Assembly: GCA_965649765.1 (NCBI GenBank)
Contig: OZ287755.1
Span: 7,626,001-7,690,000 of the forward strand
DNA length: 64,000 bases
Origin: Bispira polyomma
Taxonomy: Eukaryota
Direction of reading: 5' to 3'
Part shown: one piece after another, positions 27,909 to 39,365 of the stretch
How the letters are laid out: each line of letters opens with the position of its first letter
How positions within the stretch are numbered: the stretch's first letter is position 1
Position numbers and translations under genes: made by a program
The notes under the pieces: generated by a model
What the model was told of the DNA's origin: nothing
What the model saw: the letters and a program-made list of their open reading frames with translations, nothing else
Database searches by the model: none

Positions 27909-29193
27909 TAATCCAAGTCCAAAAAAACATTGTTTTATTCTTAGTCCTATGGTCACTTGATTTTATGTCTTGAATATGTTGATCTAATCTAATCTAATCA
28001 AACTTTAGTAGCACCTTATCTCCATTAAGGTGGATTCTAAGGCGTATATATCACAATCATATTCAAGTGTATTAACGTCTTATTCTGAAAGATGGTCGTA
28101 TCACAGGAGAGGCTAGAATAAATATGTAACTGGGAGCAAAAGCCTTGGCAAAGAAGTTTGTCTTAAGTTTGCTTCTGAAGATTGTATTAACAAATGTGCA
28201 TGATTTACTTTATTTTAATTTCCCCAAAAAATTTAAAAAAAACCAAAACACTGGGTATTTATAATAAGAGTGTAACAATATGTTGAAAACTCAACAATGT
28301 AACCGAATATGTTTATTTTTAATACAATATATATATATATTGCGATATCAAATTTGAAAAGCAATGGGTGTTGAGTGCATCCTTTGAAAGTAAAATATTT
28401 AGGATATCGCTTACTTCTTGGTGTACAACAAATGAAATATATCAGAAATATATTTTATGTTCAATGCATGCAGTCTACGCACTGAATAAATTATCTATTA
28501 TTGATTAGTTTTCATACTTTTGACAGTTAGTTAACCTTCTTCCATGATCACTTCTGGTTTTTTAGAGCACAACTTTGGTGATTTGAAACTTTATCTTTGC
28601 AAATGGAATATAATCCACTATATTGCAATATGGGTTATGAATAGAACTGCAATATCATCATATATCTCAATACGATTTTAGGCATAATATATCTGTACTC
28701 TTCGTATTTTAGAACATCTGTTATGTTCTTAATGATGGAAGACAGAGTGATTTAAACCTAAATTTTAACCCGCTGTTGTAAAAGAACTATTTTAAAATTT
28801 TTCCTTTTTAGACCGATTTATTTTAGAGCCTATGTTTCGCCGACTACATTTAGACTGATATATTTTACAACTTATGTTTTACTACATTTTAAAGACACAA
28901 TATGTAATATTTAAATTTCCAGTGTAGGTAGCTAAAAATGGTACGCTATTTGTTAAAATTAAAGCAAAAAATAATGATTTAAAAAAATCTTAATCATTTG
29001 TTACAGCTGTTATGAAAACAGCCAGGTAAACACTTGATACAACACCAATTTTAGTGGCTGCGGTTCGAATTCACGTCTGGCGTTAATAAATGCGGTCTAT
29101 TTCTATTTGTTTATGTTCAGCTGTAGGTTTTTCATTCTATGACTTATTAGACACAAGTATACAACAAAAGCTTGTGTTTGTTTCTTTGGTCAG

Positions 29194-29310
29194 GTGACCA
29201 CAGAAGACGTTACCAGGGAGGAACTGTCCCAGAACACACTCACCAGAATAGCAGACACTATGGATGAACCACCCTGGAACATCAGGATGGTGGACAGGGA
29301 TGGATTTGGG
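29194..29310 (+). CDS. rGC exon 5 (VTTEDVTREELSQNTLTRIADTMDEPPWNIRMVDRDGFG)
   Basis: ggtcag/gtaagg. Open frame with PPWN motif. Phase 0 to 0. Confidence 0.85.
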
Positions 29311-29394
29311 GTAAGGAACCCAGTCTGATGTACAAAGTATTGTGTGTAAATGTAAATGTGTGTAGGTGTATAGTCTGATATCAACTCTATTGAG

Positions 29395-29690
29395 GTCTCA
29401 GCCGACTTCATAGTTTACACCCTCAGCCTGGGTTCTTCAACTTGTCAACCATTATTCAGTCTCATCTTCCTCAGGAAGCATACTTGCCATGCTGCCACAT
29501 ACGGCACACAAAGACTAACACCCATTAGCGGCCAGGTACCCAATTATACACCTGGGTAGAGAGGGACAACTTTGTGCAAAGTACCTTGTTCAAGGGTACA
29601 ATCCCCAGGCCTGCCGTGAGGATCGAGCATGAGCTTTTAATATAACTGAGATTCAAAGTCGGACACTCTAACCACTGGGCCACAGAGACC
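29395..29690 (-). mobile_element. tRNA-derived SINE with a Deu/Nin-like core
   Basis: Minus-strand A box TGGCCCAGTGG and core ctacccaggtgtataattgggtacctggc, which resembles the Deu/Nin SINE domain (from recall). Confidence 0.6.
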
Positions 29691-29773
29691 ACAAACAACA
29701 GTACAACCCAGGGGGCTGAAACAGAAAGGTTGTGTAATCTTCATCTCAAGCTTAACATTGAAGTCTACGATAA

Positions 29774-30030
29774 ATTTAAACTTGAATTTGGATATTTAAC
29801 GTCCACTCTAGTACCTTTTAGTAGGTTATATCGGGACGGGTAGTTGGAAACGCTGGAGGAAACATTGCATACAGTTGGTCAAGGTTCTGCACTGAAACCA
29901 GCGGCCCACAGTAAGGAACTACCACCTTTCCCATATAGGCATCGACAGGATTTGAACTCACACCGCCCAGAGGTGAGAGACCAGTGATTGTGAAGCGTAA
30001 TGCTTGCTAACCACTAGGCAACCGTGGCCC
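29774..30030 (-). mobile_element. SINE family A, full length, 15-bp TSD
   Basis: TSD tgaagtc(t/c)a(c/t)gataa at 29759-29773 and 30031-30045. Confidence 0.9.
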
Positions 30031-30884
30031 TGAAGTCCATGATAATAGAGACTGTCTACTAGTAAGTGTCAGGAACAAAAGTGAACACTACAGGCAAAGA
30101 TCTTGTCCTTACTGTCACTGGGACTAAGACCCAAATTTTTGAAATTGGGACTTAGGTAAGACTAGGATACTTTTGTGAATATTGCCCCGGGCCTCTCAAT
30201 GTTCCCTATTCTCTCCTAGGTTTTCCTGTTTCAAGTTGTCCTATATGTTCCTAGATTGTTTGGTTAAAACCTACTGTTACTCCTATGTCTTTTTTTCAGG
30301 AAACATGTTGACATATATCAGTAAAATTATTTTCAAAGAGGGTACCTGGCTGATTCGTAAAAAAGTAGTAGAAAAAGAAAGAGGTTACAGGAATGATTTT
30401 AGCTGGCAGCATGACATCATTTCAATTTAAACTGCATAAACGAATATAGTGTAAACATATTTAAAGATTTAATGGAGTGGCCTTCATATTGGTATCACTA
30501 CTATATATTTTCCCTATATTCATTAAGATTTTCAACATTTCTCCTATCTTTTGTATTATATTCCTACATATGTTTTCTTGTATTGTAGGTGGTTTATTCC
30601 ACCATTAATTCTGCCTATTTTTAGATATGTAACCTAAACTGAAAAAAAGCGTTGTCAAACCCAACTAAATAGCTGTTTACATTTGTAAACAACTGAAATA
30701 GCTTGGCTAATCTGTAAACTTATAGATTTAATAGATTTGCTACTGCTGGGATTCAATCCTGGGTTGTCATGGATATTGAGATTAATAGTTCAGTGCAGAG
30801 TTGAGCTAAAGGGGAAACCCCTAAAGCCTGAGTGTTTAATGCGCTGATATGCACGGATATTACACTTATTCTTCATCTCTTCAG

Positions 30885-31020
30885 GAGCTTCCATTTGGCC
30901 TGTACCTCTATGACAGCATGTGGTTCTACCTGATTGCCCTCAATGAGTCATTACACGAGGGGCTGGACCCCAGAGACGGTCGTGTGATCTTTGAGAAGGC
31001 AAAGAACAGAATTTTCGAAG
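30885..31020 (+). CDS. rGC exon 6 (ELPFGLYLYDSMWFYLIALNESLHEGLDPRDGRVIFEKAKNRIFE)
   Basis: cttcag/gtttgt. LYD..ALNE..DG..NR.FEG motif. Phase 0 to 1. Confidence 0.92.
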
Positions 31021-31737
31021 GTTTGTTACTCTTTGATCCAAAGGAGGTTATATTTTCTGCTCGGTTCAATTGGTGTTTTTGTCTTGTTCCGAGTAATATA
31101 CCAGCACTGGTTTATGTTTTGAAAGAAACAGCAGACATATTCAGAAATTGGTCTTTGTCTTGACCTAAGCTAAAGCTTAAAACTTTGGTCTTTAATTTTG
31201 ACTGAAAAGGTTCTTGGGCTAAGTCCCAGTGACAATTAAGACAATAAGAAACTATATTTTATTTTTATTGTGTACTTCAATGTAGTTTTAAACGTATTTG
31301 AAAGAGTAATTGGGTGAATCAAACAGTTGAAGAATATGTGGTTGTTCATGTGAGTCTAGTTAAGAAAGAACTAGTGGACCAATTTACACTAAAATTGACT
31401 TCATAAAATCATTTTGCAGTAAAGACAGAATTTACTAGTGCTAGAGAAGTGTAAAACAATAATATGGGTGTGACTTCTTGTCCATGGTAAGTCAGAATAG
31501 CATTGGGGTGTCTACAGCCAGTCCAAATGCATTATTGTAAAATATTTGAACTCACAGCTAATAGAAATTGTCCGATAGAGAACTTGCATGCTTTGCATAA
31601 TTACAATAATAAACAAACAGGAAAAAAACTCTTGAATTTGGGAGAATAGAACAGAGTTAAAAAAGTGAATATTCAGATAGTAGAGTTTCTACTGTACCAT
31701 GCTATTATACTAGATGAATTATCATTTGCTTGGCTAG

Positions 31738-31868
31738 GAGTATCAGGTCACGTGGACATAGACAGTGATGCAGACAGGTCCCCTAACTACTGGCTGTGGC
31801 ATTACCATGGGACTGAGGCCAAATTCCAGCACTTTGCTGATGTTAAGATGTTGTCATCTGAACCCAGG
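31738..31868 (+). CDS. rGC exon 7 (GVSGHVDIDSDADRSPNYWLWHYHGTEAKFQHFADVKMLSSEPR)
   Basis: ctag/gtatgt. GxxGxVxIDxxxDR motif. Phase 1 to 0. Confidence 0.9.
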
Positions 31869-31911
31869 GTATGTGTGTGTTTGTCCATGTAGGTGGTTGT
31901 TTGTATGACTG

Positions 31912-32081
31912 NNNNNNNNNNNNNNNNNNNNNNNNNNNNNNNNNNNNNNNNNNNNNNNNNNNNNNNNNNNNNNNNNNNNNNNNNNNNNNNNNNNNNNNNN
32001 NNNNNNNNNNNNNNNNNNNNNNNNNNNNNNNNNNNNNNNNNNNNNNNNNNNNNNNNNNNNNNNNNNNNNNNNNNNNNNNNN
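31912..32081. other. Assembly gap (170 N)
   Basis: Run of n. Confidence 1.
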
Positions 32082-32502
32082 GAATTCCAGCACATTGCTA
32101 ACGTCAAGATGTTATCATCTGTATCCAGGGTATGTGTGGGTGTATGTCTGTGTATGTCCCTTTATGTGTGCATAGGATATCACAACAAATATGATACTCA
32201 ATTACAAGAAATTACAAAAGTATAGGTTGACTAATGTTGGCACTGTGGGGCCTTAGTAGAGGTATACACTCGGCTGGTTGACCCCTTTACATTCACACTT
32301 GTAATATTTTTTTTTATTATTCTTTGTATACTTAATGCAATGAAGTGAGCAGACAATTTATTGATAAAATGAATTTAATTTTATTTTCCGTGACATTTAT
32401 CAAATTAAAATAACTTGTCTGTAAGTGTTAAATGATTAATTTGTCTTGCGTTATTGTTATTATATATTGTTTTGGTGTTTTTTCTCTGTGTGTTCAATAC
32501 AG

Positions 32503-32611
32503 GAAATCATCTTCTATGAGGCAGCATACTGGGGCACAGAGGATAACAAACCACCACCTGATGTACCACTTTGTGGTTTTAGAGGGGATGAGTGTCCACC
32601 TGACCACAGGT
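32503..32611 (+). CDS. rGC exon 8 (EIIFYEAAYWGTEDNKPPPDVPLCGFRGDECPPDHR)
   Basis: tacag/gtaagt. Conserved juxtamembrane PPPDxPxCGFxxxxC motif. Phase 0 to 1. Confidence 0.92.
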
Positions 32612-32614
32612 GTA

Positions 32615-32763
32615 AGTACAGATGTACATGTGTATGGGTTTAGAGTACAGATGTACCCCTGAGTGGGTTCATAGTACAGATGTACCCATGTGTGGATTCA
32701 TAGTACAGCTGTACCTGTTCGTGGATTTTGAGTACAGATGTACCCCAGAGTGGTTTTAGAGTA
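32615..32763. repeat. 28-bp minisatellite, left part (split by the YR element)
   Basis: gtacagatgtacc....gtgg(g/a)tttaga units. Confidence 0.85.
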
Positions 32764-33616
32764 TGTAAGGTAGCCCGAAGGGGCTAGCAGGGTCAGTGCT
32801 AGAAAGACCTTTTCTAGAAGTCATTCTTGTTTTGATGACCTTAAGATCTGAATGGTGCTAATTAACCTAATTAGGGTAAGATCTCTCCCCAAATAGCCTA
32901 AGGGGTTCAGTATTAAGTTAAAAGTCAACAAGGCAGTACGCCATTTTAAAGATATATAAATTGTTTTTAACTTGTGTGATTTTTGGACTTTAACTTTTTA
33001 CTCTACAACTGAATTGGAAACGAATCAGCCACATGAAATAACAGAGGCACAGTGAATCCTACTGATGTGTTTCCAGGAATAAAATGCTTTGATATATGCG
33101 AATATTGCTCTGGCTTTGTTGTGAGGGCAAATTGCAAATTGGGACATAGCTTAATTTCTACATATTGCGGTCTTTTGGCAATTGCTTGCATAACTACAAG
33201 CCCGAATATCCGCAGATATCAAAGCATAGTCCGTATATTGTTTTCAGAATAACAAATTAATTATAGACAAACTGGGTGGACTTTGAACCCGTTGAACCTG
33301 AATTTAAAACGTTATAGTGTTGTGTGGTTACAAGTGAACTGTACGAGGGATGGCACCTCGAAAACTGTATAACTATACGGCGTGTAACACCAAGCATACT
33401 AGACCGATCAACGACCGTTGTCCATGGCAAGATGTGGAAAGCAGCTCGGAGGAGAATACTAGTGACTCTGTACTGTCGACAGCAGAAGTTAACCTACGAA
33501 TACGTCAAGAACTCAGATTTGGGGAGTAGGATGTCCAAGGTTTGAGAAGCGGGTAGAAACTGATGGACAGTCTCTAGATACTCTCGCTCAGAAAACCCCC
33601 AAGACAATTGTAGTAA

Positions 33617-34406
33617 ATGAACATTCACTTTGTAATGCTCCGTCGTTGGGCCAGCCGCAGGCAGGTAACCTCACAGTCCACAGACCATGGCAGGCAGCAG
33701 ACCCCATGGCCAACAGACGTGGATGACCTAATGGTACCTTCACTGCATACACTCAGACCAACTACAGAGACCTGTGGACTTAAAGACCTCCAAAGGATAA
33801 ACGAAACAGGTAACTTCAAATCCCAAAGGGAGGGGACAGAAACAGTGTGGGTAAGACAATAAGTGCCATGGCCACAAAATTTCATTCTTGGGGGGCAAAC
33901 CAAAAGTCGCATGTCGTACGACAACTTGTCAATGGCGCAGTAGGTATCTGGTTTCAGTACAATAATAAGGGATAATGCTTGAGTACATGTCTGAGGTAAT
34001 GGAAGATTGTCATGATTTCGGTTGGAATGCGGCAAAAGGGAGCCACGCCGTCCTCCTATGCAAAATGGAGGAAGGCAAGGTAAATTGGTTAGAGACTCAG
34101 AAAATTGATCGAATTCGGCGAGCTCATGCTCAAAGGGGATCAAATGGTCAAAATTTTTCCAATTTTCAGGGCAAAAATGGTAACAGAAAAGGCATGCCGT
34201 GCAAATACTTTCAAAAGGGCACTTGTCCTCAGAAAGGGGACCATAAAACCGCTGGTAAATTGTATTTGCATGTATGTGCAACCTGCTCGGCTCTGGGTAA
34301 AAGTCTCCCTCATCCTGAGAAAGATTGTCGAAGGGGAAAAGCAAGTAATGTAAAAACGAGTAGGGCACTGCAAAACGGCAGTGCAAGCAAAAAATGTCTA
34401 CAATAA
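33617..34406 (+). pseudogene. gag-like ORF1 of the YR retroelement (stops and frameshift)
   Basis: The frame reads ...ETVWVRQ*VPWPQNFILGGQTKSRMSYDNLSMAQ*VSGF, then shifts to MLEYMSEVMEDCHDFGW...HAVLLCKMEEG..W..IRRAHAQ. It ends in Cys/His knuckles (CKYFQKGTC..H, HVCATC..HPEKDC). The 5' limit is uncertain. Confidence 0.75.
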
Positions 34407-36801
34407 TGATAAAACCGGTGTTGGTAGAAACAGAGCAGGTTACACTTCTTCAAGAAATGTCTGTAATTCTAACATCTGTAATGGCAAAAGTGACAATTGG
34501 AGGGCTGACTGGGCCAGGTTTGTAGATAAATCATATGCACACGTGGCTAAACAAAATTTACAACGTGTCGAAAAGGTAACCAGGCAATCTCAGATTATCA
34601 TAAATAAAAGTAGCAAAGTGGTACCAAAAGCCAAAGAGCTCCCCAATTGTCACCCCAGAAATGTGCATATTGTATATAGAAATAACCAATTAACCCTATG
34701 TGATAAAAACCCGTTAAGGGACAATAGAGTATGTGTACAGAAAATGGTTAAATGTCAAACAGCATTGTGTGGAAGTGCCACAACAAAACCAAAAGGTGAG
34801 ATTAAGACGGTCACAAAGAACCCTAAGCGTAAATCAACACTTGAATACGGTAAAATCAATTTGAACAATCGATTTGACCCCCTGTTAACTCTCACAGATC
34901 AAGAAATCCCAGAAAGTGACACAAATGTCAGATGAGACAATAACCAAACAGACAAAAGCAGTAAAGTCTCCCCCAATATGTGTGAAATACAGGAGAATAA
35001 GTATAACCTGCAAATAGAAATAAAGCCACGTCACAGGGAGGTGATAGCCCAGTCAAAAAATGACAAAACTTTCCAGAAATGGAATAGTCAAACCTGTGGT
35101 AAATTCGGTTACATTCCTCTGGGGGATTTAAAAAACCCCAAAACTGATTTGGCAATTGAACACAGTTTATCAGCTTTTTAGCTGCATAAAGAAATAAAAA
35201 GTAGTAACAAATTCAATTTTATGAGTAAACAACTCACAGTCAAATCAGTACTTAAGCATGAACGCTGGAAAGAACTGTTACACGATTACTGGGATACGCA
35301 GCTACCTTATTTGATCAAGTATGGGTTTCCCCTTGATTTCGATAGAACTTGTGAACTGAAACATAAAGAGCAAAATCACCATACGGCTTGTGAATTTACA
35401 AATGACATTAAGGCATATCTAGATGAAGAAAAGCAGTATGGGGCAATATTGGGCTCTTTCAATGAACCTCCTATTGAAAATTTACATATCTCGCCCTTTA
35501 TGACCAGAGAAAAGCCAGGCGCCCCTCACAGAAGGGTAATAATAGATCTAAGCCTCCCACGGGGTCAATCAGTAAATGCAGCCATACATCCAAACCAATA
35601 CTTGGATTCTGAGTTCTTGTTAACGTTGCCCACAATTGATGACGTCACAAGTGAAATTACCAAATTAGGAAGAGACGCACTCATATATAAACTAGATATA
35701 AGTCACGCATTCTGTCATGTTAAACAAGACCCAGCCGAGTATGACTTACTGGGTCTTGAACTAGACAAATACTACGTGGACACGTGCCTGCCCTTTGGCT
35801 ACAGGCACGGAAGTGCCATTTTTCAACGTCTAAGTGACGCAATGCGTTACACAATGCGTTACGTCATGCGCGTCAGAGGATATGACGTTGTCAACTATAT
35901 CGACGTCATTGGCTTCGGAAACGCACCAAATGTACATGACGCATACATTGCCTTACAGAAATTAGGCTTTGCAATCAGTGCTAAAAAATTGGTCGCTCCC
36001 AGCACTAGAGTAACATGTCTAGGCGTCCTTATTGACGCAAGAAACTTTACAGTAGAAGTACCCCCTGAAAAACTGGCCCAAATTATCAAGATCTGTGGCA
36101 GTTGGGTAGGTAAAAACCAGTGCTCCAAACGAGAATTACAGTCATTACTAGGGTCACTATTATACATATCCAAGTGTGTTAGGATAGCAAGAGTCTTCCT
36201 GAACAGAATGCTGGACGTATTGCGTAACGCTCATAACACACACCAGATTAAACTGGAACTTCCTTTCTTCCAAGATCTAAATTGGTTTGTAACATTCATA
36301 GATAAATTCAATGGCAAGGCCTTCTTTGACCATAATCCAGTAACTGATCACATTGAATTAGACGCCTGTTTAACGGGCCTAGGTGGTAGATGTAACAACG
36401 TGGTCTACACCAAAATGCTTCCGCTTAACTATCTGCAAATGACCATAGCTCACCTAGAGATGTTGAACATCTTAGTCGCTTTGAGACTATGGAAAGACAT
36501 GTGGCAAGGTAAAAAGCTAGTAGTCCACTGTGACAACCAGGCCGTGGTAACCATATTAAATTCAGGTAAAACCCGAGATCTAACCCTGGCAGCTATTGCG
36601 CGCAACATCTTCATGGAAGTGGCTAAAGCTGACATTAATTTAAGACCTATTCACATATTGGGCAAATTGAATGTAACTGCAGATTTGCTGTCTAGATGGC
36701 ATAAGGTCGCCCAGCCAGAAAATAAACTACAACAATTAGTACCAGAACCATGTTGGGTAGAGGTCCCTGATGAAATACTAGCAATTGATTGGAGTATATA
36801 A
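34381..36801 (+). pseudogene. pol-like ORF2: reverse transcriptase and RNase H (inactivated)
   Basis: ORFs 34381, 34978 and 35221 share one frame, split by single stops at 34933 and 35179. RT motifs RVIIDLS, KLDISHAF, LPFGYRHGSAIFQR and YID(-)V (one Asp of YIDD lost). RNase H motifs DAC..GLGG, IAHLE, CDN, HILG..N..ADLLSR. Confidence 0.93.
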
Positions 36802-36812
36802 TTTCATTTCAG

Positions 36813-37784
36813 ATGTACCCCCCCCTGGTGCGCCAGCTAGCAGGTCAAGCGGCTTACACGGCCCATCAGGCTTTCAGGCCTGCTACCCAGCAGGCCTATC
36901 AAATTATGTTTAGAGTTTTCATGGCATATACCATATTTGTAAACATGTCACAGATTTCATCCTTATTTATTCTGTCATTTCTCCAGGTACTGGTAGCCAG
37001 TAAAGTGTCCCAGCCATCCCTTGCCAATTACTTGGCTGCTATTAAAGCAAAGCTCAGCCTATATGGTATTGACATAACAGTATTTTCAGATCCACGAATC
37101 AAATACTTTCAAAAAGCCCTCACTCTACAAAGACTCTTCAAAGCACGAATTAATAAAGTCATTGACATCTCACTCCTCACGAAAATAGTGCAAACATATG
37201 ATTCAATGTATATGGGGCAGGTCATACCTTCTAGCCTTTTTAACCTTTTTAAGGATCTCAAACCTAGTCTCCCACACCATGACCTCCTTCAATCCACTAG
37301 AACAACTAGCTAGGGCTGATGTAATGTTTGCCCCCCAGGCCTTCAACTAATAGCAAAGTGGTCAAAAACCCTTCAAAACAGAAATTCAATTAAAATTCTA
37401 AAAGTTCCACGTATCACCAATTCTATCCTATGTCCAGTAGTCGCCATAAGAAATCTCCTGGCCATCTGCCCAGGCTCAAAAAACTCCCCTTTGTTTCAGT
37501 TCAAGACTCTAAATGGTTGGGTTCCTCTTACAGATTCAAAATTAAGATATAACCTTAAGCAGCTTCTAGCAAGACTAAACCTAAATGATTCTCCTATTTC
37601 ATTTCACGACTTCAGGAGGTCAGGTGCTACCTTGGCCTTTAACAACCACGTCCCTCTGCAAGAAATACAAAGCCATGGCACTTGGACTTCTGAGTGTATA
37701 TGGAAGTACATCACAACGGACCACAATGCATCAGACCAAGTAGCCCTCGCTTTCCAAAATTTGCTTTCTAACCCTACTGTCTAA
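36813..37784 (+). pseudogene. Tyrosine recombinase ORF3 (frameshifted)
   Basis: Catalytic motifs across frames: FLRISNL (~37245), WSKT (~37360), CPV, HDFRRSGAT, HGTWTS and W-K-Y. Confidence 0.9.
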
Positions 37785-37794
37785 ATTGGGTTTG

Positions 37795-38129
37795 GTGTTG
37801 TTTTTTACTCCAATTATACCAAAATAATATACTCATGTTACTAAGACTAAGGCCACCTCTATCAGAAACTCAGATCTGAAAATAACTAAAAATCAATTTA
37901 AGGTTACCCTAAACTCAAACACTATATTTAAGTTAAGATGGCCTCAAACTCAAATCTGGCATCTTAAATTAAGATGACCTTAATCTCAAAAACTTACCTT
38001 CACTTTAGGGTTACCTTAACCTAAACCTTAAACTTAATCTCAGTTTAAGGTTTCACTTTTCACAACCTTAAACTCCGGTGGTCTTAGTCTTTAGATCTGT
38101 ACATAAAGTAGAATAGCACAGAATAAACT
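37795..38129 (+). repeat. Direct repeat B1 of the YR element
   Basis: Near-identical to 38808-39136 and ends in AATAAACT. Confidence 0.95.
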
Positions 38130-38807
38130 TTTACCTATCAGCAGCATGGCTTGACTGCAGTCTTTCACTCTGGTTCCTCCTTGGGGACCCTCAGGGCTCC
38201 CACCTTCCTGTCTCCACCCCTCTGACTGGGTAACTCCAGCCCCCTAAATGGGACCCACTTTCTTTTTATAGCCGAAAGCAGGAGAAGATATAACCTCTTC
38301 AATAATTGTACATCACATTATATGTCGTCACAATTGTATGTCATGATTTAAATGTCAAGTAATGTTGTCAATTATGTATGTATAAAGAGTGCAAGTTAGC
38401 ACATGGTGCCTCCACATATTGGACACGTATTAACAGATAGTGTGTAGTTTCAGGTGGCTTGGAGCAAGTGGTGGACACGTAAGGCTATGCATCTATCAGC
38501 AAGCAAGCTTCATTGGTCCACTCAAGTCTCAAGATCACAAAATACCTTAATGTACAAATTGTAACTCGATTTGCCTCGATTTTGCAACCTCTGCTTATGT
38601 AACAAGGGCTTGCATTAGGCAAGGAAGTAAGGCTGAGTAAGCTAGTAGTGCATCTTTTAAGGTTTCACGGGACTCTAATTCAGATGTGCTTTTAGTTAAA
38701 TTTTTAGTTTTTTAGCTAGAACAGGGTTGCTTTTATTTTTATTCTTTATTGTATTTTATTTTCACTTTTACCTCTTTTTACACTGTTTTGTATTTTCTTT
38801 GGATTAT

Positions 38808-39136
38808 GTGTTGTTTTTACTCCAATTATACCTAAATAATATACTCATGTTACTAAGACTAAGGCCACCTCTATCAGAAACTCAGATCTGAAAATAATTA
38901 AAAATCAAGGTTACCCTAAACTCAAACACCATCTTTAAGTTAAGATGGCCTCAAACTCAAATCTGGCATCTTAAATTAAGATGACCTTAATCTCAAAAAC
39001 TTAACTTCACTTTAGGGTTACCTTAACCTAAACCTTAAACTTAATCTCAGTTTAAGGTTTCACTTTTCACAACCTTAAACTGCGGTGGTCTTAGTCTTTA
39101 GATCTGTACATAAAGTAGAATAACATAGAATAAACT
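38808..39136 (+). repeat. Direct repeat B2 of the YR element
   Basis: Near-identical to 37795-38129, with a few substitutions and one 5-bp deletion. Confidence 0.95.
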
Positions 39137-39200
39137 AACTATCCCAAAGGCTATACTTTTTACTTAGTTATTATCACCTTCAAGGTCAAATGGGGCACTG

Positions 39201-39365
39201 CATATGTAACCAGGTGTGGGTTTGTTGTACAGATGTACACATGTGTGGGTTTAGAGTACAGATGTACCTGTGTGCGGATTTAGAGTGCAGATGTACCTGT
39301 GTGTGGGTTTAGAGTACAGATGTACCTGTATATGAATTTAGAGTACAGATGTACCTGTATGTAGG
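39201..39365. repeat. 28-bp minisatellite, right part
   Basis: Same unit as 32615-32763. Confidence 0.85.

Larger units (their letters stand above)
32764..39202 (+). mobile_element. Tyrosine-recombinase retrotransposon, DIRS order, Ngaro-like; degenerate
   Basis: gag, RT/RNase H, YR gene order with no methyltransferase domain and about 330-bp direct repeats at the 3' end. The same 28-bp minisatellite resumes on both flanks, which defines the boundaries. Confidence 0.9.

Noticed and set aside
33625-34386. 253-aa minus-strand ORF
   Set aside because: Antisense shadow of the gag-like region with no recognisable motifs.
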